From Massalongia carnosa (lineage: Eukaryota): a stretch of 64,000 bases of DNA. The translations under genes were made by a program, and so were the position numbers. Under the pieces are notes generated by a model. It ran no database searches. It was not told where the DNA came from and saw only the letters and a list, made by a program, of their open reading frames with translations. The stretch spans positions 1,860,001-1,924,000 of the forward strand of contig OZ287074.1 in NCBI GenBank assembly GCA_965645245.1, given 5' to 3'. Position 1 is the stretch's first letter. Each line of letters opens with the position of its first letter. This document shows positions 52,940-64,000 of the stretch, in pieces.

Positions 52940-53838
52940 CTATGAAGTAAACAACGAAGTGTCCGACTCATCTACTGACTCGTCGGGCGCGGTTGTTCCC
53001 CCAAACGTACTAGCCTGGAGGTTGCTTTGCGGACGAGTCAAAGGCCCGATCGGGGGGTTTGGGGAATCCCCAAAGGGTGTACTCATCGTTCCGCCTGGGG
53101 GGGGTTGAGAGCCGAGTCCTTCGCCGATAAGGTCTGATCCGGTCGAAGGCGCAATAGGGTCTTGAGAAATATCTTGAGGAAGATCAAGGTTATAAGTATC
53201 GGCCACGACTTTGTCGCCTAGGTTTTGCGATGAATGTTTTTCAGGTTTGGCGGCACCCGCCGGCCACTTGTTATCGTACACCCAGCACTGTATATAATCT
53301 CTTTCACCGCAAAGGTTTTGATTCCCATACTCTCTATTTCTCGTCAGCTAGCGCATACAGGACAGATCAAATTCCTACTTCACAAAGCGCCCAGGACCAT
53401 CATCGGATGCGGGTTGCAAAGTGTTCCTGCAGAAGCTTTCGCTAAATAACCCAGCGCATGCGAATTTAAAGCAGCACGTCGGGGTGTTGTCGTAGTTGAG
53501 GAAAACGAAAGTCGCTAATATCATTCAAACGGTCAGCATTAACCCAGGCTCAGTCACCACGACAGCTAATAAGGAGATATACGCGGTCCACAGCCTCCTA
53601 TCATAGAAAGGTAGTGAGGGCAGTTGTCTTTGTTTTCTAAGCACTGGCCTTTTCCAAAAGGGAACTTTTCCTGTCAGTGGTTGCCTAACGATCTTGGTAT
53701 GGCCAGTGGACCCACATTTGGTATTTCACATTGGGACAAGGTCTTATCCGAGGGAAATGGAAGATCCGGTCGGGCTAAAGCCATGGCATGGATCGAGGGG
53801 ACAAAGAGAAAAATAGAGCTGACAAGAAAATGCTTCAT
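52940..53838 (-). CDS. Small secreted cysteine-rich protein with a Ser/Pro/Asp-rich tail; 4 exons, about 250 aa
   Basis: Signal-like MKHFLVSSIFLFVPSIHAMALA. Three GT-AG introns restore one frame through QCEIPN/FPFGKGQCLENKDNC..GGCGP/PTFVF..TCCFKFAC..SFC../KEYGNQNLC..IQCWVYDNKW into ORF 52940-53281. Confidence 0.7.
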
Positions 53839-56089
53839 CTTCGACAGGAATTTTACGTGCGAAGATCTTGCGTTCGAGGGAAGGGGGAGAATGGAGCAAG
53901 AGAAGAAGCAATCCTACCTACAAGTTTGCTTGTATTTGTATAATCGCTGGGGCTCGTTGTATATCAACACAGCACACGGGATGGATTCTATGAACGCAAA
54001 ACGCCGGTTGGGCTGAATTTGTTTTCTCCGGAAAACGCTGAATGTTTCACATAGCCGTTGGGTCCGACCCGTCCACTTAGCTTAAACTCGAAGCACATGT
54101 TTTAGGGAGTACCCCATGCAGAGAACAAGTCTAAACCCGATTAACATTAGTTTTGAGAGTTGCTTTCTGAAAGCGATTTTCTCGCGATAGAGAGGACGCC
54201 GTCAACTTCCACCTAGCCGATGGGCACAGATTGAAAATCCGAAAAAAAAATGGACTGTTCCGATTCTTGGATCAAGGACAAGACGGACATGGCACGAGCT
54301 GTGAAACATCATGAACCCGTGCCGCCAAGATCAAGTACCGTCCGAAACAGTTTGTTTTCAACCCGCCTGAAGTATCCAACGGAAGACAAAATTCTCGAGC
54401 CGAGAGTTTTCGTGGAAATAATGTACTTAATATACTCTCACGGTCAAGTTCCGGTATCCAGGTTGTCGAGCATAACTATTTAGGATAAGTTAGGTTAGTA
54501 AAAGGCGCTATGCCAGGATGCGATGTCCCTCACTCTCATAACGGAGTCGTTGATGAAATGGGAACAGAAGAGAGAGAAAACCAAACCGGGCTATCGAAAG
54601 ATCACATGAAATTAAACAAGAATCCAAACGCGAACTCGCTTGACTTTATTAAAGTGCCATATGTACAGAGAGTATTAATAACGAATAACTCATCCCTGAG
54701 ATATTCAAGGATCTTATTTGTACGCTGAGAAATGATTCTGCGAAGTTACACAGCTTATACGTAAAGTCTTGCTTTTTTTTAAACCCCCCCCCTGGAGGTA
54801 TTGACAGCTAAGATCTTTTCTTGATCAAACCATTGAGAGGCAAATCCACTCATCAATCAAGCATAATCGAAAAATCATACGATTCTAAAAACACCACCCA
54901 TCTAAATCTCCATCTACTTCTCCGGAAAAAGGACCTGCTTTTTCTCGAGTAGCTGAGTAGAATCTTTGACACATCTATTAAGAAAGAAAGAAAGGAAGAA
55001 AGAAAACCCGTTCATATATGCCTCTCAAGATAAATAGATATTGGAGGGCCATACACGATACCTCCTCAAGAGAAACCTAATGACGTCGATTTATCGAAAG
55101 TGTGCTTTCGAGATTTGAACGCGTATTTTAGTATCCTCGTATGTAGACATAAGGGGTTTGCTTGCGGCCCCCTTATATATCCGTACTCTCGTTTGTAACC
55201 CTCTTTCAGTTTGATGGCATTGTGCTCGCTTGACGACTTGCTCCATCCCTACCAAAACTCCTTCTCCCCTCCCCACCCCTACCATTGGCCAAAAACCATT
55301 AAGTCATCATACTGCCAATGCCCACAGCCACCCACTCCCCCACCAATCCACAAGCAATAGCACAACCACACGAGTCAAAGAGCTTGACCCGCAAGGGGCT
55401 AGTATTTCCTTCTAAGCCTCGGTCTCGCGGTACTACCTACATACCTACTGTATCCCGTAATCAATTAAGGCTTCAGGGGTGTTACTTCTTGTTCGAGCGA
55501 AGGTGAAGATAATAATAATAATAATAATAGTAGTAGTAGTAGTGGTACCCCTGAGGGGGGCTTTAATGAACCGGTTATGTATGATACGGGACGAGAAGAT
55601 ACGTTTCCGGGATATTGACGGGATGTGTCTGTCGTGGTTAGTTGTGCAAGCGTGAACTACGCCGCCAAAACACAAGCAGGCAGATGGATAGATTGCTCGC
55701 TCGCCTGCCTGGCGGGATCTAGCCAAGCTCTCGGTGATAAGGTAGTTTGCAATTGTCACGGTGTATTGGTGAGTTTATGGGCACATTGGATCATCTACAT
55801 CAATGGGTGAATAGTCAAAAAGAATACTCGAGCGGGAGAGCTGGAAACAGAGTGATTGAAGGAGGTGTAGGCGGGAGAAGATGGTTGATGTAGGCCAATA
55901 ATCGCTGGTGAAGTTATATCAAACTCGGAGGGACTGGGAGCCAACAACTCCTTTCCGAACGAGAGAGGACGTGTCCAATTTTGGAAGATCGAAAACAGAA
56001 TAGAGGGAAACCCTTGCATTTCAGCTGCATAGCTAATGAATAGTCCTGTAAGCGCGTAAATCCTGTTATCTATATCAACCACTCCTACC

Positions 56090-58889
56090 TCAAGCCTGCC
56101 CTACGTCTGTAAGCCCCGTGCCTTCTCCCCGGCCATCACCATTGCGATCGGTCGTGGCTTCTGGATGTAGGGTGACGTCGTCGGCGTATTGAGGCAGCTG
56201 GTCGTGGGCGGTCGGGACGGTAGCTTCGTTACTGATAATGGAGATTTTAAGAGAAGGAATTCGGCCTCGGGGGTATTCGCTGCCGTCGCCCTGGTGGTGC
56301 GAAATTAGTAAATATGGGTTTAATTAAGTTAGAGTGAAGGATCAACACATCGCTTCCCGGATCAACGATGAGGATCTAAATTCGAGAAAATATAGGAAAT
56401 AGTGAAGGGGAAGGAAGAAAGCCAGAGCGGTATCGAAAATGCTAGCTCACCAGTGTAACACGCCAATGCAGGTGTGTCTGCAAAAATGGGATCACAGCCT
56501 CTGGAGTCAACCCATCCAACTGCCCGGCCAGATAACGCTCTGCGAGTGCCAACGTCAAGGGAACCTGGCCTGTAACTTGCAATCGACGATCACGATCATT
56601 CTTGCACTTGCCACAGCCCGTGTCCTCAACATCCCCGAGCACGTTGAAAGAGCCCACTTTATTTTCGGTCGAGAGCCATGAGGCTGGGTCGTCACGGTCA
56701 AATTCGCCAAGAAAGACGTGCACGGTGAACGTGCCTTCGAGGAAATGTTTTTCCACCTTGAGATTAGTGATCCACTCAAGGTATTTCCCGTTATGTGCGA
56801 GGTCAGTGATGTCGCGTTCTGTCCTGGATTAGTTCGTGCAGTTTGGATACATTACCGTGACAGCTTACTTTTGTGAGGATCATCGTGCTTAGGCTCAGCT
56901 TTAGGATTGGCTTGATGCGAAGCTGCGGCTTTAGGGTTATCTACAGGCTTGCCCTCCACCTTGGGCTTATCTTCCGGCGTGTGTTGAGCTTTGGAATCCC
57001 CATGCTTGGACTCATCCCCTACCAGTGGTTTTTGGTCCCCTCCGAATACCTGCTTCACAGATTCCGTGGCTTTGGTTGCCAAACTAGAAATAGACTCTGC
57101 TGCCGCTGACGCAGTCGGTACAGCTGGCGCTTTTGATGCCAAATTGACACTCGCTTTCAGGGGAATGTTCAGTCTTGCCTTGTTGGTTAAATGTCCCGGG
57201 CTACTTTCAGCGATGATGGTGCCTAGAGAGCTGCCTCCATAAAGCTGCCTGAATACGGTTCGAACATTGGATTGGTATTGCTGTGGCGTGGAGAACTTCC
57301 ACTCCTGGGTTTCGGGATAGGCGTAGCCAAACGCCCCCGTCTTTCTCACCCCGTCAGAGGTCCAGAAACTATCTGAAGTCTCCCAGAAAGGCGTAAGGGC
57401 CGTTTGGATGTTTTCCTCGGTCCCAGCTTGGGTAGTGACTGTATCTTCACTGGCTGGTTGCGGTACCACATAGCTGGTTGGATTCAAAGCCTGCCAAATT
57501 GCAAAGAAGCGATCGATGTTCCTGGGTACGGGTTAGCGAATTGTTATAGTATGCGTAGCTTGACAGTTTCTAAGGCTTCGAGTAGGTATGCAGCTATAGA
57601 ATCATTTAGAGAGCAGCTTACGTGTGATGAAGCCAAAAGACCGGGTCAAACGCAGCATACGGAACCAAACCCATGTGGCCAGGACTATCTCTCCTGGTAC
57701 TACCGGCTCCACCAACGTCTACGTGGATGGTATCATGAACGTCTTCCAAGCTACCGTAAATGCCGGGGTTGCCCTGATTCCATTGCTTGTTGCTGAATGG
57801 TCCATAGCTGCTGTATGATGAGATAAGATTAAACACCTTTTCTCTCAGATTGCTACTCCGGTCATTGTTTAGAAGCTCAATAGCTGTGGAGATCTTTTCG
57901 TTCTGAGAGGTCGTTGTACCGTTCTTGGGCCATCGGACTGTTTCACTCCAGGACCGAATCTGCGACCCAGTCAATCACTGCTATAAAATCTGGACAGGGC
58001 TCTCAAAAGGCAAGACTGCCCAAGGTTGGAGATGCGGTGCAGGGCCCTTACCTGAGGATCCACAAAATCTCCAGGAGTGGGATTGAGTGGATGAAACTTG
58101 AAGCTGTACAACGGATTGTCTATGGGTGTTGGCTTCCCCCGGGAGGTTGGCGTCACGACGTTCAACGTCTTAGTTGCGAGAGAAGCTGGGAAAACGGTCG
58201 TTCCCGCCGGAAGAACAGCAGCCCAATCCCAATATGGCATTCGAAAATCTTTGGCAGCGGCTACATAACGGGCGCGTCCCTCTGCCTCGGGGTATTCCGT
58301 AGCCTTTTTCTGAACAATCCTGTAAAGCACTTCCTAGGAACCGAGCCAAATCAGCATTCAATCCATTAGGTGTATATGCACAAACCAGCAGTAAAGTGAT
58401 CCGCCACGGCGTGCTGCTTAGGGTTGACCACTTACTTCAAACAAGGCTAGATAGGGACGGTGCCATGTGGGAAACAGAATGGATGCATGGGTGCAGTACC
58501 CAGCCGCCTGGTCCCCAACCACCCCGTTCCAAGGGACGTAGGGACGTCCATGTATACCTGCAAGCCTCAATTCAGCCTCTGGTTCAACATCTCCATGGCC
58601 GCACTTGTCTACGGGGAGAAATAGTTACCAGCAATCTGATAGTATGACAAGGGGTCTTTCTCTGGGGCTTCCTGGAATACCTTCAGTCCTAAGACATACA
58701 GAGTCCATAGATCTGGAAAATCCTTCTCGAGTGATCGGATCTCCCGCCGAATGGGAACAGGGCCTACGATATGTCAACACTGTTTTGAGCAAGTTTGAGC
58801 GCTTTAGGAAGCGTTGCTGATAGGCGTAACCCACCGTCTGGTCCCGAGCTGGGGGGAACGCCGGTGGTTACAATTGGAGCATCAGACAT
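56090..58889 (-). CDS. Tyrosinase (pro-tyrosinase with C-terminal shielding domain), multi-exon
   Basis: [37 protein letters not shown] (CuA), [27 protein letters not shown] (CuB), FGYAYPE and a C-terminal CGKC (CxxC). No signal peptide. Confidence 0.94.
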
Positions 58890-59811
58890 ATCGACAGTCT
58901 CACTCTTGCGCTGTGTTGTGGATAAGCTTTATTACTTAGGTTCAACTAGATCTTTGGATTTTGGACTTCCGTAATCTAAGCAAAGCCGAAGCTATAGATA
59001 CAACTGGACTGCTGGAGATCAGAGGTATTTGTAGACGTGGGGCATCTTAGGCAGCCCGTATCACGCTCTTTTGATAGGGGGGCTGAGCGAAGACATGGCG
59101 TCAGCTGGAGACGAATGATAGCTATCAACAGTAAGTGATTCATATCCATTTATGATCATAATAGGTTCGATTCCTGTTAGCGCTGGCCCAATGGTGGGGT
59201 GGCAGTTTCGTTTTCTCAGTAGAGCTTACTTTTCAGTTCTAGACCTTTCTGTGCGTGGATGGTAGCACGCAGGTAAAAGCCACATGTCCCACTGCGCGAG
59301 AGTCGTACCAAAAACCATACCTCCGCCAAGTACATGTACACCAGTCAACCTAGACCCCTCACTCACCCCGCACTTCCCCAGCTCTTTTTGGCTCCATTCA
59401 GCGTTTTGTGGCTTTTTAGCATCACCGAAGGCCGAAGGAGGAAAGAACCAATCAAGGGCTGACGTTCGTGCTGGACATGCTCACTTCCATCATTCAAGGT
59501 GCAGATGATTGGCATGCTCTGGATCCGTTCATTCGCTGCACGTGTGTGAGGCTGTGGGTGGGTTGTTGGACTGGAGTTCTCAACCTAGGATTAGGCACAT
59601 GAAAGCTGCATAAAGCTTTGACGAATCCAGACGGAACGGGAGTGCCCTGCATGTCAGACAAAGTTACAGAGGACTAGTATCAGCTGAGGGAAAATCAGGC
59701 CATGCCGAAGCCACACAAATGCCTTCTACTCGTACCTATCTTGTCCTCACGGAACCTCGCATACTTCTCGACGCAGTGATTGGTGACTGCGGAAGTTCGA
59801 CAGCTTGAGGC

Positions 59812-62242
59812 TAGGGCTAGGATATGTATTAAACATGTTTATTGACTAACCCGATCGGGAAGTGTTTAATACGTGTCAGTTGGCCCAACTGACAGACACA
59901 GGGATTAGCTACAGAGGGGGAGGGGGGGGCGGAAGAAGCGGGAAGATAGAAAGTGGGGAAAAGATACTTTATTTTGTTAGCAATTTGCGTACACTTTTAT
60001 GTATCCCCTACTCTACTAGCTAGGTGTTTATCCAAGCTCTCGTCGCATCACCAAATATCGTTTGACTCGCCGGTCTTTTCGATGATGACATGGACGTATC
60101 AGATAAAGAGATCTCTTCTTGCAGTAGTCTATCCTCCATCTCACAAAGATCCGTCTCATTGATGTCGATGCCAGCAAACTGAAGCTTGCTTTTGAAATCT
60201 GTTGGCCGATTAAGAGTACGCTCATTCATGTAAATAAACATGAGTTTATCGACATTGATGGAATGTAGAGAGTTCCGACTTTTGGTCATGATCAAATTCA
60301 TGACCGACCAATTTCTTTCTGCCAGCACCGAATTAGCAGGCAGCATTATTACCTTTCTAGCTATATTGCTGAGATCAAAAGCAAAGCTTCTGGAAAAGTT
60401 CCAAAACAGCTCCGAATCCGTTTGATATGTCCAGCATTCGGAGGCAGGATAAAAACCGTCTTCTTGATTTCGAAAAGAAAGCCATTGCTTCATTGCCGAC
60501 TTTGCTTCTTCAACGTTCAGATATTCAGCAAAGAATCTATGCATGATAGAGAAAAATGCCTGCGACGTGGATACTCCAATCACCTGAATGTTATGATTCT
60601 GAGGAACCAACAGAGCTGCTACCACATGAAGTTCAGTTATTTGACTGAGATATCGATCTTCCCAAACTATCTCTGCAATGTGATGCAAATCCATCTCAGA
60701 ATCTTCATCCTCTTTGGCCATTGTATATAGGTGAGATCGAAGCCTGTTCCAATTGGCAGTCACCGCGTACAGTTTATGCCCCTCAGCCTCGGATATGTAT
60801 TGTGCTTTATGTATGGGATCAAGAATTTTCTGTACGATGGCCAGCTTTTTCCAAAACGAGAAGTCGTTGACGAATGTTCCTAAAGGATGACTTCTGCCCT
60901 GATCAATGCCCGGAGCATTTTGCTGAAAATAATACAAAATTGCCTGCTTGCTTTTTAGCACCGAGTTCAAAAGGCCTACAGTCGTACCCCATCTGGTCAA
61001 AACGTTGAGAATCAGTGATTGACGTTGATTGTATGCCTTTGAAAGTTATAAATTAGCAATGACGTTTTGATGCCGCATTGAAATTTCATTCCTACTTACC
61101 TTCATCTGAAAATTCCATAGAATGGCCAATTCTTTATTCGATCCACGAAAAGCTATCACTATCGACTGAGCTTTTTGCATGATGTCTGCAAAAAAAGGAA
61201 GCTTCAAAATTTCTCCCAAAAGAAGCTGTAAACCGTGACTGTCGCAAGGAACGAAAAAGACGTGTCTCATCTCAGGAAACTTTCGAATTTCAGACCACAT
61301 GGCCTTCATAGTAGAGCAAGTATCTGTTCCTATACAATTGACTCTCCAGAGCTGATTATTGGTCGCTTCTCTACAGCCTTTTATCATCCACTCAGCTTGA
61401 ACAGCTGCAGTCATCGTCTCAGCGATGCCAGCCATTGCTTTTAAATGAAAGCCCCCCCCTCGAGAGGTAGCTGATGAAGGGACATGACAACAGAGATTAA
61501 TAACCCGCTCCTTCTTAATGTTGGCCGTTTCGTCGGTAAAGAAGTTGAGATAACTGCAGGCATCTAACTGCTGATTTACTTTCAGTTTAACCGTCTCATA
61601 GGCGTCGTCCAATAATTTCCCGCCAACGAGCTTATGATGTGGAGGTTTATATCCAGGATGCAGTGCTTGATGATGCGCAATCATATAGGGATTTTCGAAG
61701 TGGTTAAACGGAAGATTGGTCATAAAGACGGACATTGCAGCAGCGCGATGAGCATGCGCAACTTGGGCTTGATTTAAGGGACGAATCAAAGGGGTGATGG
61801 GCAATTGAATCAAAGATTTGCTGCTCCTAGAAGACGTCTCTTGCTGTCTTCTTTCTTGCACTTCTTGAAAGGCATTGCATGTCTGCAAATGCTGCTGACC
61901 CCTGGTAGCAACTTTGGCAGACTGATATCCGCAATGCGTACAACGATGCTGAGGGTATTTCATGCCTTCAATGATGACATCAACGAAATTCTCATCTACC
62001 AATGCATTTTTCGGTCGACCGCCAGAATGTCCAGATTGTCGAGACATGATCAATGTATGTATAGAGATAATAGGAAGGTACCTCAAATTAGGTAGAAATG
62101 TCTAGTAATTTCAGGTATTGGTCTATGAGAAAGATAAATTTGACATGCTTAAGTAATATTATACCAAAAAGACAGGGTCCAAGTCTGCACGTGACGTATA
62201 ATACGTGTCAGTGGCCCAACTGAGGTATTTTTCCTAGCCCTA
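59812..62242 (-). mobile_element. hAT-superfamily DNA transposon, apparently complete
   Basis: 11-bp TIR TAGGGCTAGGA (59812-59822) / TCCTAGCCCTA (62232-62242), with an 8-bp TSD CTTGAGGC at 59804-59811 and 62243-62250. Confidence 0.95.
60020..62047 (-). CDS. hAT transposase, 654 aa, 2 exons
   Basis: BED finger CTHC..HLQTC, FFTDET, GTDTC, CDSH (CxxH), TRWGT and dimerization region PANSVLAERNWS..RNSL. The intron at 61037-61099 (GTAAGT..AAG) joins the exons in frame. Confidence 0.9.
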
Positions 62243-62816
62243 CTTGAGGCTGACAGCTTGAGGCTGACGTGAGCCTATCAGCCCTAATGTGGTTAGTTAT
62301 GTGGAGCTAGGAAGGCTTCTAACCACAACTTGCATGCACTTCCTATTCGGTAGCGGGAATGGCCCGTGAAGTTAATATGTACTCATGTGGCCCAGAAGTC
62401 TGTCGTTTCCTTTTTGGATTAGCGTGCTACAAGAAGGTTTGACCAATAGAATCACTTCATTATTCCCCGCATTTCCCACCTAAATGATCAAATCGAAGCC
62501 ATCATCATTACTACAACTTTTGTTTTTGTGTGTCAGTATCATAGTCCTTCTGTTTCTTATATCATACTCACTTACTAGAATGCTCGAACAACTTTCCGAC
62601 CTCTCATCGCCGCCCTCAATGCGACGATCAAGTCGTATTTTCACTTCGTCCAAGCGACAGCGTCCCCGAGATAGAAATTACAATGATGAATCAAGCGATG
62701 TTTTTGAGCTGACATAAAAAGAATCAGAAATAAGGATCTGTTTCAGCAGAAATTGAAGAACGTGTGACGAAGCGAGATAGTGAATAGATTTCTACCATTG
62801 CGTCACCTGTCCTCCC

Positions 62817-63598
62817 AACCACCAAAGGCACACCCACCATGGTTCGAAGTCTACCCGGCGTGGCACCGCGAAGCTACCGTTGCGGCAACGGCCCGACACA
62901 AGCAGATGCAAACAATCAAAGCACGACAAATGAAGGTCTGGAACGACTCGTGGTGCGCATATCAAAATCGCGTCATCGAACCCTCCATAGCACAATCAGT
63001 CCCACTGAGCAAAAAACGGCTGAAAATACACACGCAGCTAAAAAAGGCAGAAAGCGCTCTAACAACCCAAATCCGCACTGGCAAGATCGGGTTAGCTGAC
63101 TTCCTCTACAAGCGACGGGTGCCCTCCGTCACCTCACCGGCCTGCTCATGTGGCTGGCACAGACAAACTCCAGAACATGTAATCATGTTCTGCAGACTTA
63201 TTGACAATAGAGAACAGATGTTTCGCGCCGCCGGCACGAGCGACTATCAGCAGCTGACCAAATCATCAAAAACTCTGAAGATACTAACTGCTTGGCTAAT
63301 GAAAACAGGCTTATTGAATCAATTCTCACTAGCATCAACATTATTGTAAAATCAACAATAGTTGAACCTTTCTTTCTTTCTTCTCTTTTCACAAGGCATT
63401 ACAGTTCCCACACGTCTTTTGCACTGCGTCTCCCGCCCGACGTCGACACGTAGTCACATCGGACGGGTATCAAGGGACATGGTTTTTACACCTGTGAAAG
63501 GTTTTCCATGTAACATAACTTAGATAGCTTTGCCAGCATGGGCCGGCCTACGGCCGGTGTCATATCGGAGTATGAATACATCATCATCATCATCATCA
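62817..63598 (+). mobile_element. 5'-truncated LINE (Tad1-like) insertion
   Basis: ORF2 C-terminus KAESALTTQIRTGKIGL..CSCGWHRQTPEHVIMFC, 3' UTR, (CAT)n tail, and a 14-bp TSD TCACCTGTCCTCCC at 62803-62816 and 63599-63612. Confidence 0.9.
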
Positions 63599-63752
63599 TC
63601 ACCTGTCCTCCCGACCAAAAGGCACAATACTTAGTCTATGAAATTATAGATTCACGTGTCGGTATAATAGCATGATTGTCATTGAAGGTGATTATCTATG
63701 TGGGCTATTTGTCTGCTTTATATAGCAGTCACAAAACAGTCACATCTAGGAG

Positions 63753-63839
63753 CCTAAACGGTCAGACCTTGTCCCCCCATATCTGCTTGTTTAGGCACCC
63801 TAACGGTCAGACCTTGGCTCCCATATCTGCTTGTTTAGG
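63753..63839. repeat. Two-copy direct repeat, units of about 42-46 bp
   Basis: CCTAA(A)CGGTCAGACCTTG..CCCATATCTGCTTGTTTAGG occurs twice. Confidence 0.8.
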
Positions 63840-64000
63840 TACTTTGCCAGGCACTTCCCGGGGCTCATGATGGATGCCCATATTGATGGTGGCCTCATCA
63901 TCTAACATCTAACATAGTCCGCAGACGAAGATCTATTCTACTATAACTGGGACTCTTGCTATGTTCGCTGTAACTTAGGTCCTGCCGTCCGCAACACGCA

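Overview
This is eukaryotic DNA from a filamentous ascomycete (Pezizomycotina), with short spliceosomal introns and one 200-N assembly gap. I could reconstruct 13 host genes: a short-chain dehydrogenase, MCM6, a stand-alone NRPS-like adenylation enzyme, a Pth11-like membrane protein, a cytochrome P450, an NmrA-like protein, an unusual multi-domain Ulp1-like protease, a bZIP factor, the nitrate regulator NirA, tubulin cofactor D, an FNIP/Lst4-like protein, a small secreted Cys-rich protein and a pro-tyrosinase. Mobile DNA comprises two decayed pogo/Fot1 elements, an apparently intact hAT element with TIRs and an 8-bp TSD, two 5'-truncated LINE insertions with TSDs (one inside a pogo TIR) and a Tc1-like relic. 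The most notable feature is a roughly 1,100-aa protein with an FHA-like region, a catalytically dead Ulp1/C48-like domain, an intact one and two UBA-like domains. Also notable is a near-identical 34-nt hairpin motif at the 3' end of two otherwise diverged LINEs. All calls come from reading the sequence by eye; no database searches were run.
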